A DNA stretch of 32,000 bases from Geotalea uraniireducens Rf4 (GTDB taxonomy: Bacteria; Desulfobacterota; Desulfuromonadia; Geobacterales; Geobacteraceae), in the NCBI RefSeq assembly GCF_000016745.1, contig NC_009483.1, positions 930,001 through 962,000 of the forward strand. Reading direction: 5' to 3'. Shown one piece after another: positions 1 through 8,439 of this stretch (position 1 is the stretch's first letter; the number at the start of each line of letters is the position of its first letter). The translations under genes and the position numbers were made by a program. The notes beneath the pieces were generated by a model. It did no database searches. It was not told the origin of the DNA and worked only from the letters and a program-made list of their open reading frames with translations.

Positions 1-1425
1 GTAGCCGTCAAAGGTTTCCCACCAGTCCTGCCGGAAGCCGAAGAATAGGGTCAGTTTGTCCAGCAGCATGATCTCGTCCTGGGCGAACAGGGCGAAGGTC
101 CGGTCGGTTCCCTTGGATTTGTAGGTCATGGCCGCTGTAGAATTTTCATCCTGCCAGTTGGTGAGGGTATGCTCCTTGGAATGGGCCCAACCGCTACGGA
201 AGGCGCCGCCGAAGGTCAGAAGGTGGCGATCCAGCAGCGGCAGGGATGCCTGAAGATCGGCGTTGATCGCCCCGGCCGGGGTATCGGACAGTTTGCCCGG
301 GCCACCGCTTCGGGTGGCGCTGTTGGGTGGAGCTGCCGAGGTGGGGGTGGAGCCCCAACTGCTGGCCTGATACAGATAGCCGAGGTTCAGTTTAAGTTTG
401 ACCGGAGAAAATGCTGTTTCGGCGGCCAGGCCGTACAGATACTGGTCGCTGCCACCGTTTGCTCCCAGGAAGGAGGCTTCCCGTACCGTGCCGTAGGTCC
501 AGACCTCGGCACCGGAGCTGTTGCGCAGATAGGTTGCCGGGTCATCATAGAAATATTCACCGCTTGACTTCAGGAAGGTGAACCTGACTCTGGTGTCCGG
601 AGAAAACTCGTATTCTGTCTTGACAGTAAGGTTGTCCTGCCAGGTGCCGTTTTTACCCTTGTCGCCGATCCGGTAGCGGGCTGCTCCGCTGTAGTCGGTA
701 GTGTTACTGTAGCCGGTTATTCCGGCGGTCGGCTGGCTGCTCTGGACGTTGAAGTCGCTGCGGTAGCCGTTCGTGCCTACATAGTCGTTATGCAGATAGA
801 CCTTAAATTTCCCCAGAAACTTGTCGCCGTAGGAAACCGCCACGCGGCGGGAGTTCTCCATACCGTTGCCGCTGTCTAGGGCAGAACCATAGCCACCGGT
901 AAGGGTAAATTCCCGTTTTTCCGGCATCTGGGTAATCAGATTAACCACACCTCCCATGGCATAACCGCCGTAGAGGCTGGAGGCCGGTCCCTTGACCACC
1001 TCGATCTGTTCGAGACTGCCCGGTGCTATCCCCACAGAGAATACCGATCCTGCATAGGGGCTGTTGAGGGTGATGTCGTCCAGCATCACCAGTGTGCGGG
1101 ACTGCCCCGGAATACCCCGCAGGGTAATGGCCGACATCCGGTCCATCATCCCTTTGCCGCGGGTCGTAATCACACCGGGTATGATGTTGATCGCCTCATC
1201 CACCGTGGTAATATTCCGCTTATCTATCTCCTCCTTTGTTACAACGGAGACACTGCCGGGGGCGGACTCCAGATCTTGCTCGGTCCTGGTGGCTGTGACC
1301 ACGATCTGCTCCAGCCTGGTTTCGCTTCCTGCCGCGTTGCCTGGCGGTTCCGCCCCGATGGCGGCGCTCCCCAGCAGGCAGCCCGACAAAATCCCTGCCA
1401 ACGTTACGACTTTTTTTCTCTTCAT
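1..1425 (-). CDS. TonB-dependent outer-membrane receptor (BtuB-like), 5' part; C-terminus lies beyond the left window edge
   Basis: Absent from the ORF track because the frame stays open to position 1. Manual minus-strand translation from the ATG at 1425-1423 gives MKRKKVVTLAGILSGCLLGSAAIG (signal peptide), LEQIVVTATR (TonB-box-like), then ITLRGIPGQSRTLVMLDD and IEVVKGPASSLYGGYAMGGVVNLIT (plug-domain motifs). A GGGAGAA Shine-Dalgarno lies just upstream. Two cobalamin riboswitches in the leader support a corrinoid-uptake role. Confidence 0.85.
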   Translation of the reverse strand, partial: MKRKKVVTLAGILSGCLLGSAAIGAEPPGNAAGSETRLEQIVVTATRTEQDLESAPGSVSVVTKEEIDKRNITTVDEAINIIPGVITTRGKGMMDRMSAITLRGIPGQSRTLVMLDDITLNSPYAGSVFSVGIAPGSLEQIEVVKGPASSLYGGYAMGGVVNLITQMPEKREFTLTGGYGSALDSGNGMENSRRVAVSYGDKFLGKFKVYLHNDYVGTNGYRSDFNVQSSQPTAGITGYSNTTDYSGAARYRIGDKGKNGTWQDNLTVKTEYEFSPDTRVRFTFLKSSGEYFYDDPATYLRNSSGAEVWTYGTVREASFLGANGGSDQYLYGLAAETAFSPVKLKLNLGYLYQASSWGSTPTSAAPPNSATRSGGPGKLSDTPAGAINADLQASLPLLDRHLLTFGGAFRSGWAHSKEHTLTNWQDENSTAAMTYKSKGTDRTFALFAQDEIMLLDKLTLFFGFRQDWWETFDGY

Positions 1426-1444
1426 GATTTTCTCCCGCGAGTAT

Positions 1445-1595
1445 TTCGGCTGGAGCGGTATTCCGGCTCAGGGCTTCCTACTTGCCCGCCTTCCCAGGAT
1501 TTTTCCCAGTGGCTGTTTCGCCTTGCGGCGATGGGCTTTCGTTCCCATTACGGCTGCGGGGCAGCGGGGGAGTTGCACCCCTCTTCCTCGACTCC
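1445..1595 (-). promoter_or_regulatory. cobalamin (B12) riboswitch, start-codon-proximal copy
   Basis: The minus strand reads GGAAGAGGGGTGCAACTCCCCCGCTGCCCCGCAGCCGTAATGGG ... CAGCCACTGGGAAAAATCCTGGGAAGGCGG ... GAGCCGGAATACCGCTCC. This contains the conserved cobalamin-riboswitch core elements (GGTG.AA.TCC, CCCGC..C.GTAA, GCCACTG, GGGAAGGC) and a B12-box-like AGCCGGAATACC. It ends about 20 nt before the receptor RBS. Confidence 0.8.
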
Positions 1596-1613
1596 ATCCG
1601 TTTGAAAAAGGCA

Positions 1614-1650
1614 CAAAAAAAGTCCGCATATGCCGAAGCAATATGCGGAC
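1614..1650 (-). terminator. intrinsic terminator between the two riboswitches (likely expression platform of the distal one)
   Basis: The minus strand has a perfect 10-bp stem, GTCCGCATAT tgcttcggc ATATGCGGAC (1650-1622), followed by TTTTTTT (complement of the A-run at 1621-1615). Confidence 0.7.
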
Positions 1651-1699
1651 TTTTCGTATTCAAAGTCTGATAATGGTTTCACTCTCCCTTTACCACGGG

Positions 1700-1885
1700 G
1701 AATTGTTGAGTGCTAAGATCATGGCAGGTCTTCTGGCTCGCGATTCATCCTCCGGGCGCCTTCCCGGTCTTTCGACCAGTGACATAATGCCCTTCGTCCT
1801 CGCTTACAGCGGCGGGTCCGCGGGGGAATGGCTCGGTTTGAGCGGCACCCCTCTTCCCTATCAAGCCCTTGCGGGCACCGTGATC
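1700..1885 (-). promoter_or_regulatory. cobalamin (B12) riboswitch, distal copy
   Basis: The minus strand reads GGTGCCCGCAAGGGCTTGATAGGGAAGAGGGGTGCCGCTCAAACCGAGCCATTCCCCCGCGGACCCGCCGCTGTAAGCG ... ATGTCACTGGTCGAAAGACCGGGAAGGCGCC ... GAGCCAGAAGACCTGCCAT. The last segment is a canonical B12 box, the complement of 1721-1739. Confidence 0.7.
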
Positions 1886-2030
1886 CGATATTCAGTTTTT
1901 GTTGATATTTACTAAATATTGCATGATCTCTTTAGCACAACACTACATCATGTGTCAATCAGCTATTGTTTAAACAGATTAACAACAGTTGCGCGACCCG
2001 TTTCCGCTGTCAGCTCAGGATAAAAACAAC

Positions 2031-3434
2031 TCAGAATATGACTTGCGTCCTCAATCCCATGACAACTACATTGTCTGCGACTTTGTCGGCCAGCGGGTTG
2101 ATCATATACTGGAAATGGGGCGATACCGCAATCTGGTCGCTGACCTTTACCCTGTAGTATGTCTCCATCAGTTTCTCCTGGGCGGAAGCGCCGTTGACCA
2201 GGATCTGGCTGAAGCCGAAACCGACAAGGTCATCCTTACGTTGCGGAATGGGGCCGGCATACTGGAATCCGGCGCTCCAGGCGGATTTTGTTTTATATGC
2301 AGCATCGTCATGCCAGCCGTAGCGGCCGAAAAGGGTAATCTGTTCGCTTATCTGCTGGTCGATGCTCACACCGAAGCCGAAGGCGTTCTCCTGTACAAGC
2401 TTGAGTCCGCCAGGCAGGGAGCCGTCCAGGCTGCCGTAAAGCCGGTAATTTCCCTCCAGTTCCCCGAGCTTCTGCTTGTAGTCCAGTTCCACGATGCCGT
2501 AGCCGTGGTCAAGGATGTTGGCCGCCGTGGTGTCGCCGCTGCCGTAGCCGATGCCGAAGGTAATCTGGTCGCTCAGCCTTGCATTTACACGCATTCCCGG
2601 TCCGTAGGACGGAGCACCGAGGACTGGCGAGTTGACGAAAGCACCGGACAGGAACTGGCTGTTCTCATTATTGGCAATGCTGTTGTTGTCAAAATAGTCG
2701 GTCAAGCCGATCTTGCCGATCGTGAAGATGAGCCGGTCATTCATGGCCGTGTGCTCGACCCAGGCGGTTCGGAAGCGTACCGTGTCGGTCGGAGCCAGCG
2801 GGACGTTATTGAGGATGGAATAATTACCGATATGGGAATCGATGCCGGAGCCGCCGGTGGCTTCCACGTCAATCACCGCAATGGTGTTCTCCCCGACCTT
2901 GAAGTCGAAAACCAGGTCGGCCCTGCCCACTGCATCGATGAAATCTTTCGGCTTATTGCCCGCGGAGCCCTGCAGCACGCCGGTCATCCCGCCGCTCATG
3001 GTGATGTTCCTGGTGATGGCATGGAGGTTTGTCCCCAGTTCGGTGTAACGGGTCTGGAAGGCGCGGGACTGGGCGAGGAGCATCTCGCCCCGCAGCTCTT
3101 CCTTCAGATCGCTCAAAATGGCCAGGTCTTCCCTGTCAATCGCCCCGGCACCTTCCCTGGCGGCCTTTTCGGCCATCTTTTCCGTCAGCAGCTGCACCGC
3201 CACCGCAACGTCAAGGCGGTTGAGCAGGCATTGACCCTCGACAAACTCCTTGGTGAACAGCCCCTCGACCTGATACTTCTTGCCAAGACGCATGATCTCC
3301 TGGCAGGCTTTATGGCCGGATGCGACTTTTTCCGGCAGGACAAGCTCCGGGTGCATGGCAAATGCGGACGATACGGCACACAGTAAAAAGATAAATACCG
3401 ATAACCAGACTGCAACATGCTGCTTGCCTTTCAT
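2031..3434 (-). CDS. outer-membrane porin (OprB/carbohydrate-porin-like beta-barrel with an N-terminal coiled-coil segment)
   Basis: ORF-track frame 2031..3488. The preferred start is the ATG at 3434 (MKGKQHVAVWLSVFIFLLCAVSSAFA is a signal peptide), preceded by GGAGGAG. The sequence has an alternating beta-strand pattern, is rich in aromatic and Gly residues, and ends in ...GLRTQVIF with the terminal Phe typical of OM barrels. The family assignment is from memory of OprB-like sequences. Confidence 0.7.
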   Translation of the reverse strand: MKGKQHVAVWLSVFIFLLCAVSSAFAMHPELVLPEKVASGHKACQEIMRLGKKYQVEGLFTKEFVEGQCLLNRLDVAVAVQLLTEKMAEKAAREGAGAIDREDLAILSDLKEELRGEMLLAQSRAFQTRYTELGTNLHAITRNITMSGGMTGVLQGSAGNKPKDFIDAVGRADLVFDFKVGENTIAVIDVEATGGSGIDSHIGNYSILNNVPLAPTDTVRFRTAWVEHTAMNDRLIFTIGKIGLTDYFDNNSIANNENSQFLSGAFVNSPVLGAPSYGPGMRVNARLSDQITFGIGYGSGDTTAANILDHGYGIVELDYKQKLGELEGNYRLYGSLDGSLPGGLKLVQENAFGFGVSIDQQISEQITLFGRYGWHDDAAYKTKSAWSAGFQYAGPIPQRKDDLVGFGFSQILVNGASAQEKLMETYYRVKVSDQIAVSPHFQYMINPLADKVADNVVVMGLRTQVIF

Positions 3435-3507
3435 ATACTCCTCCATTGCATATAATTTGTGAGCGGACAGCCCCACATTCAAGATCAACTATTCCTGTTC
3501 AGGTTCA

Positions 3508-4554
3508 TCAGGCCACCTGTTTCCGCTTTTTCAGGAGAAAGCCGCTGAAGAACGACAGCGCAAGAGTCATCAGTGTGCCGATGATTCCCGCGACGCTGGT
3601 GCCAAGATTGCTCCCGCCTTTCATTTTCTTTCCACCCTCAGGATTCCCCCCTGCATTCTCACGTTCAGCAGGCTTCCTGAATGCATAGTCCGGCAGGAAG
3701 GCGGTCTTTTGCTGCAGTGCGGCCAACGTCCCGTGAAGTCCCTTCTCCGAACCATTCAGCTCTTCTTTTCCCGTTACCTTGGCAATGGCCCATTCCAGGC
3801 CATCGGGGTTTTTCGAGGCAAACCAGGAGACAATTCCACCTGTAAGGATGGCCGCGGCCAGGAAAGCCAGCAGTACGTTGCGCACCGGATGGTTGCCGAT
3901 AGTGCGGGCTTCCATGGCGCCCTGGAGGATTTCTGGGCGGGCCTTGTACACGAAAGACACCACCGCGACAGTCACAAACCCTTCCACAATTCCGATCGCC
4001 AGGTGAATCGGCTGCATCAGGAGCACGAACGTGGCGAACGGCAGTTCGGAGATACCGGAGAAAAGAGTTTCCAGGACGACGCCGAATGGCCCCAACTGTA
4101 ATCCGACAACGGCCGCGATCATGGTTGCCGCTGTCAGACGCGTTTGGCTCGGATTGTTGCCGACTATTTTTTTGTAGATGAACGGGTATGCGATGAACGC
4201 CGGGAAAAAACCCATATTGAAAATATTGCATCCCAGGGCCAAAAGGCCGCCATCGGCGAAAAACAGTGCCTGCACGACCAGGACCGACGCAATGGTGAGG
4301 AAGGCGGCGTAGGGGCCGAGAAGGATAGTCAGCAGGAGTCCTCCCCCCAAATGGCCGCTGGAACCGGTAGCCGGAATAGTGAAGTTGATCATCTGCGCGG
4401 CAAAGAGGAATGCTCCGAGCACCCCCATGAGCGGCACCTTGCGGTCGTCCAGCTCAGAACCGACTTTTGCTGAACAATAGGCAATGGTGCCGGCTGAAGC
4501 CGCCCACATGGTCCCCCCAACCGCCGGTGATAAAAGCGCGTCTGCCATATGCAT
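3508..4554 (-). CDS. cbiM: CbiM/NikM-type metal (Co/Ni) ECF-transporter substrate component fused to a PDGLE domain
   Basis: ORF-track frame 3508..4635. The ATG at 4554 gives an N-terminus of MHMADALLSP, the Met-His N-terminus typical of CbiM/NikM, and lies 8 nt after AAGGAGG. The protein is polytopic, with a literal PDGLEW motif followed by a C-terminal TM helix. No CbiQ/CbiO genes are adjacent. Confidence 0.8.
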   Translation of the reverse strand: MHMADALLSPAVGGTMWAASAGTIAYCSAKVGSELDDRKVPLMGVLGAFLFAAQMINFTIPATGSSGHLGGGLLLTILLGPYAAFLTIASVLVVQALFFADGGLLALGCNIFNMGFFPAFIAYPFIYKKIVGNNPSQTRLTAATMIAAVVGLQLGPFGVVLETLFSGISELPFATFVLLMQPIHLAIGIVEGFVTVAVVSFVYKARPEILQGAMEARTIGNHPVRNVLLAFLAAAILTGGIVSWFASKNPDGLEWAIAKVTGKEELNGSEKGLHGTLAALQQKTAFLPDYAFRKPAERENAGGNPEGGKKMKGGSNLGTSVAGIIGTLMTLALSFFSGFLLKKRKQVA

Positions 4555-4807
4555 GGTCATATCCTCCTTTTTGTCGTAACACGGATTATATAAAAGTAGC
4601 ACGAAACGAATACAAAAATAATTTAAGTATGTCAATAAGTATTTGAGTATTTTTATGGGCGTCGGTTCGGAAGGGGCATTGTATTCACAGAGGGCGGCCG
4701 GCGTTGTAAACGAAAACCGGGGGAAAAGCGTTATTTAGTAGTTGACCATCAGCAGACGATTTGCAATAGTTACAAAAAATTCATCCGGCAGGGTGTGGAG
4801 GGTGGTA

Positions 4808-5989
4808 ATGAAACATTGCACTACGGTTATTCTCTTCGTCTCCATCTTGGTTGCATCGGTTATTTCCGGCAGGGCGGATTTCGATGCGGGCTTAAGGGCA
4901 TACAATGATGGCGACTACGCCACGGCCATGCGTGAATACAGGATAGACGGCAGCGCCAGGTCCCTTTTCAACCTCGGTCTCATGTATGCGGAAGGGAAGG
5001 GGGTCAATAAACGGAACAGCAGGGAGGCGATGAAATGGTATCGCAAGGCTGCTGAACAGGGTTTGGCGAAGGCTCAGTTTGCCCTTGGCCTCATGTACGC
5101 TCTCGGCGAGGATGTTGCCGCGGACAAGAAGGAGGCGGCCAGATGGTATCGTAAAGCCGCCGAACAAGGACATGCGGCCGCCCAGTACAATCTGGCGCAG
5201 ATGTATGCCAGGGGTGATGGCGTCAAGAAGGACGAAACGGAGGCCGATAAATGGTATCGCAAGGCTGCCGAGCAGGGGAATGCCGCAGCCCAGTTGAACC
5301 TGGCTCAGCTATACGAAAAAGGCGCAGGCGTTGTGCAGGATAAAAAAGAGGCGGCCCGCTGGTATCTCAAGGCCGCCGAACAGGGGAACGTGCGCGCCCA
5401 GTTCAGCATCGCCATGATGTACGACAAGGGGGACGGGGTCGAGCAAAACAAAAAGGAGGCTGCGCGATGGTTCCGCCGGGCCGCTGAGCAGAATCATGCC
5501 AAGGCCCAGTTCAAGATCGGCTTCCTGTACGATAAGGGTGATGGTGTCCTTCAGGACAAGAAAGAGGCGGTGAAATGGTATCGTAAGGCTGCCGAGCGGG
5601 GGGTGTCGGAAGCCCGGTTCAATCTCGGACTCATGTATTACGCCGGATCGGGTGTGCCGCAGGACAAGAAGGCGGCTGCACGGTGGTTCCGCAAGGCCGC
5701 CGACCAAGGGGATGTTGATGCCCAGTTCAACCTGGGGCACATGTACGACCAGGGGGACGGGATCAAGCAGGACAGGAAAGAGGCGGTGAAATGGTATCGC
5801 AAGGCCGCCGAACAGGGCTTCGATCAGGCCCAGTTCAATCTCGGTCTCATGTATTTCCATGGCTACGGCGTGAAACAGAACCGTAAGGAAGCCTTCAAAT
5901 GGTTTGTAAAAGCGGCTGAACAGGGCTCGGATGAAGCAGTGAAAACCTTGGAAGTCCTCGGCAGGGGGATGCCTCTGGCCCGGCCTTAA
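4808..5989 (+). CDS. secreted Sel1-like repeat (SLR/TPR-like) protein
   Basis: Start is the ATG at 4808 (MKHCTTVILFVSILVASVISG is a signal peptide), after GGAGGG. About nine consecutive 36-aa units of the form KEAxKWYRKAAEQGxxxAQFNLGxMYxxGxGVxQDKK appear as roughly 108-bp tandem DNA repeats. Confidence 0.9.
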   Translation: MKHCTTVILFVSILVASVISGRADFDAGLRAYNDGDYATAMREYRIDGSARSLFNLGLMYAEGKGVNKRNSREAMKWYRKAAEQGLAKAQFALGLMYALGEDVAADKKEAARWYRKAAEQGHAAAQYNLAQMYARGDGVKKDETEADKWYRKAAEQGNAAAQLNLAQLYEKGAGVVQDKKEAARWYLKAAEQGNVRAQFSIAMMYDKGDGVEQNKKEAARWFRRAAEQNHAKAQFKIGFLYDKGDGVLQDKKEAVKWYRKAAERGVSEARFNLGLMYYAGSGVPQDKKAAARWFRKAADQGDVDAQFNLGHMYDQGDGIKQDRKEAVKWYRKAAEQGFDQAQFNLGLMYFHGYGVKQNRKEAFKWFVKAAEQGSDEAVKTLEVLGRGMPLARP

Positions 5990-6064
5990 AGGGAGGGGCT
6001 TCTCCCGCCTGCGGATCGGGCAGATCGACCGCGCTCGTCAATATCAAGGCCTTGACGGCAACGG

Positions 6065-6490
6065 TCAAGGAGCAGGCGTCTCAGGTTTCGGGAACAGTCG
6101 TTTCCGCCCTTCATGGTCAACGGCCACGTACGTGTACGAGGCTTCCGTGACCATGGAAAATACATTTTCCTTATCTAGCTTTATTTCCAGGAAACCCGGC
6201 TTCACCCAGACCTCCAGCCTGATGGTGACGGATGTGTTCCCGATCCGCGTAACTTGACCGTAGCAGCAGACAACATCACCGACCCTTACCGGCTTGATGA
6301 ATTTCATGGCGTCCACCGCAATCGTAACTGCGCGGCCGCCGGTAATTTCTATTGCCATCATGCCGCCGGCGATGTCCATTTGCGACATGATCCATCCGCC
6401 GAAGATGTCGCCGTTCGCGTTTGTGTCACTCGGCATCGGGGAGGTACGGAGAAGCAATTCTCCCTCCGGATATGCACTGTGGTTGGTCAA
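6065..6490 (-). CDS. acyl-CoA thioesterase, hotdog fold (YciA-like)
   Basis: PSDTNANGDIFGGWIMSQMDIAGG ... AVDAMKFIKPVRVGDVV ... resembles the YciA/acyl-CoA thioester hydrolase family. TTG start at 6490, 5 nt after AAGGAGG. Confidence 0.8.
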   Translation of the reverse strand: MTNHSAYPEGELLLRTSPMPSDTNANGDIFGGWIMSQMDIAGGMMAIEITGGRAVTIAVDAMKFIKPVRVGDVVCCYGQVTRIGNTSVTIRLEVWVKPGFLEIKLDKENVFSMVTEASYTYVAVDHEGRKRLFPKPETPAP

Positions 6491-6620
6491 GGATGCCTCC
6501 TTATGCTGTTTTGAACGGTTAAGAGCATAGCGGCTTGCCCGCCCTTCTTATCTCTTGCATAGGCTCGACAGAGGCGGCAGCTAAAGCCGCAGGGCGCAAT
6601 CAGCGTCGAGTTTGTTGTTA

Positions 6621-7232
6621 TCATGACATTGGTTGTCTGACAATAATTTTCCACTTTTCCGGTGCTACTCGTCTTAAATCGCTTAAATATATTTCGTGGT
6701 GTTTACCAACCCTGCGACTGCCGTTGTTTTCTATGAACAAATGCACATTCTCAATGGTTGGCCCTTCCTCTGAGAAGTGTCCAATATGCATTGTTTGCGC
6801 GGCCTTTCCCTCCTTGAAAGATTCAAACCTTACCAACGGCAGGGAAACAGGCTTTTTCTTCCTTGCCACTTCTTCCATTGCTTCTTTAACCATTTCTCGC
6901 GTAATGAACTCCGGTTGCATAATCATCAATGTCCATTTCCAGACATCCTTGTTTCCTGTACTGAATGCGGACATGTCATCAGCCCACCAAAGAGCTTCGA
7001 GTGGCAATACAGCATAGTCGACACCCATCTCTCCTTTTTTGACCATGAACTTCAGCGTGTAGGAAACCGGATAGAGAGCTTCGATCGCATCACTGAATGA
7101 TTGCGAGGTGTTTGGATCTCCCTCACCATCAACCATGAGGAAGTTCATTTCCGGGACATCGACGCGGACAATTTCCTTGGCCGAAGGCTGATATAGGTGT
7201 TTTAACGTTTTCTTTAAGTCCATCTTCTCCAT
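6621..7232 (-). CDS. GyrI-like small-molecule-binding domain protein
   Basis: The 203-aa ORF has an AAGGAGG RBS. Motifs NFLMVDGEGDP, LEALWW, TLMIMQPEFIT, MHIGHFSEEGPTI and HHEIYLSD are typical of the GyrI-like/SOUL-like family. Confidence 0.8.
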   Translation of the reverse strand: MEKMDLKKTLKHLYQPSAKEIVRVDVPEMNFLMVDGEGDPNTSQSFSDAIEALYPVSYTLKFMVKKGEMGVDYAVLPLEALWWADDMSAFSTGNKDVWKWTLMIMQPEFITREMVKEAMEEVARKKKPVSLPLVRFESFKEGKAAQTMHIGHFSEEGPTIENVHLFIENNGSRRVGKHHEIYLSDLRRVAPEKWKIIVRQPMS

Positions 7233-7488
7233 GGAATCCTCCTTATGATGGTCAACGAGTAAGAATTCTGCATCTGGGGCGCATACGGATTGCTATCCTT
7301 GCTGAACCCTGATAAACAGGATAAGTGCGTTAACGAAGTTATTTCCTGCCAGAAAAGCGCAGAAAATAATTTCTAACTCACTAATGACAGCATTGTAGCA
7401 CCTGAACGGAGGGTGCGCTATTCCGTGCTTGCTATTATTGCGTCTCAAATTACTCAATTTTACTCAACCACCGCACCTTGTGGTCTTT

Positions 7489-8325
7489 TCAATTCGTTAT
7501 TGACCGGTTCACGCGCGCATAACGCCGCGGCGATACTCCCAGCTCCTTGCGGAACATCTCGATGAAGGCGCTCAGGCTCTGGTACCCCAGATCGAAGGCG
7601 ATGCCCGTCACCTGCTCCCCCCGGTCCAGCCGGTCCAGCGCTTTGTGCAGCAAGAGGCGCTTGCGCCACCCCCCAAAGGTCAGTCCGGTCTCGCTGACGA
7701 AGAGCCGTGCCAGGGTGCGGCTACTGGCCCCGGCAATCTTCCCCCAGGCATCGAGACCGCGATTGTCGCCGGGGCTCTTCAGCAGAGCGTCAATCACCCG
7801 CATCACCCTCTCGTCCCGCGCCATCGGCAGGCGCAGCGGCGTCGCTTCGGCAATGCGCAACTCATCCAGCAGCACCTGCATCACCCGCCACTCTGCCCCA
7901 TCCGGCGCGTAGCTATTGCCGATCTGCACCGCTCTCAAAATCAGTTCGCGCAGAAGCGGTGCAACCTTCAGCACTGTGCACTGCAGCGGCAGACCGGTTA
8001 CTGCCGAGGGATCGACAAACAGGCTGCGCAAGGCGGTATCGCCGGGGAAATAGACCTCGTGCTCCTGATTGGGCGGTACCCAGACCGCCTGAGAGGGGGG
8101 GACCACCCAGACGTCCCGGCTGCAGATAACCCGCATCATCCCGCTGCTGGCGTAGATCAGTTGCCCCCGCGGATGGACATGGACCGCCGCACTCCCGATC
8201 TCCCGCGCCTGCATCTTCAGGGGGCTCACCTCAATTGCCAGCGAGATGACCGGCAGCTTTGCATCCAGCAGAAAGCCCTGCTCCACCGGCGGCAATCTTG
8301 TCAGTTTTGCGATATTCATTGGCAT
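7489..8325 (-). CDS. AraC/XylS-family transcriptional regulator with an N-terminal cupin domain
   Basis: The C-terminal dual HTH (SSRTLARLFVSETGLTFGGWRKRLLL ... IAFDLGYQSLSAFIEMFRKELGVSPRRY) is AraC-type. The N-terminal region has a cupin-like HxH segment. The start is uncertain (8325 or 8319; track start 8355) and there is no clear RBS. The last 11 codons are homologous to the class-B element (see findings). Confidence 0.85.
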   Translation of the reverse strand: MPMNIAKLTRLPPVEQGFLLDAKLPVISLAIEVSPLKMQAREIGSAAVHVHPRGQLIYASSGMMRVICSRDVWVVPPSQAVWVPPNQEHEVYFPGDTALRSLFVDPSAVTGLPLQCTVLKVAPLLRELILRAVQIGNSYAPDGAEWRVMQVLLDELRIAEATPLRLPMARDERVMRVIDALLKSPGDNRGLDAWGKIAGASSRTLARLFVSETGLTFGGWRKRLLLHKALDRLDRGEQVTGIAFDLGYQSLSAFIEMFRKELGVSPRRYARVNRSITN

Positions 8326-8439
8326 ACTATAGTAAGACAGCCAGATGAAAGTCAACTATACTGTTCATATCCACACGAAAAGGAGCACGCATATGATCCG
8401 TACCCATAAACAAGAGATCGTTGACCAAGAGGCACAGCC

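Noticed and set aside
1064-1915. 283-aa plus-strand ORF spanning the receptor start and both riboswitches
   Set aside because: It runs through the riboswitch aptamers and the terminator hairpin on the wrong strand, and the minus strand explains the whole region.
1989-3386. 465-aa plus-strand ORF
   Set aside because: It is antisense to the porin gene, which has a signal peptide, an RBS and a C-terminal Phe. The plus-strand product has no start context or motifs.
4585-4640. Possible cbiM promoter (TTGACA 4635-4630 with a weak TATTCG, or TATAAT 4590-4585 with no -35 box) and a NikR-like operator, GTATG...GTAT
   Set aside because: The two promoter candidates are mutually exclusive and each is half-consensus. 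The GTATG repeats are direct rather than the inverted GTATGA-N16-TCATAC arrangement. No riboswitch motifs are present in this leader.
5309-5860. 183-aa minus-strand ORF inside the Sel1 gene
   Set aside because: It is kept open only by the periodic repeat structure of the Sel1 gene, and it has no RBS.
7645-8409. 254-aa plus-strand ORF, plus nested ORFs at 7547-7912 and 7707-8129
   Set aside because: They are antisense to the AraC regulator, whose dual HTH is clear on the minus strand.
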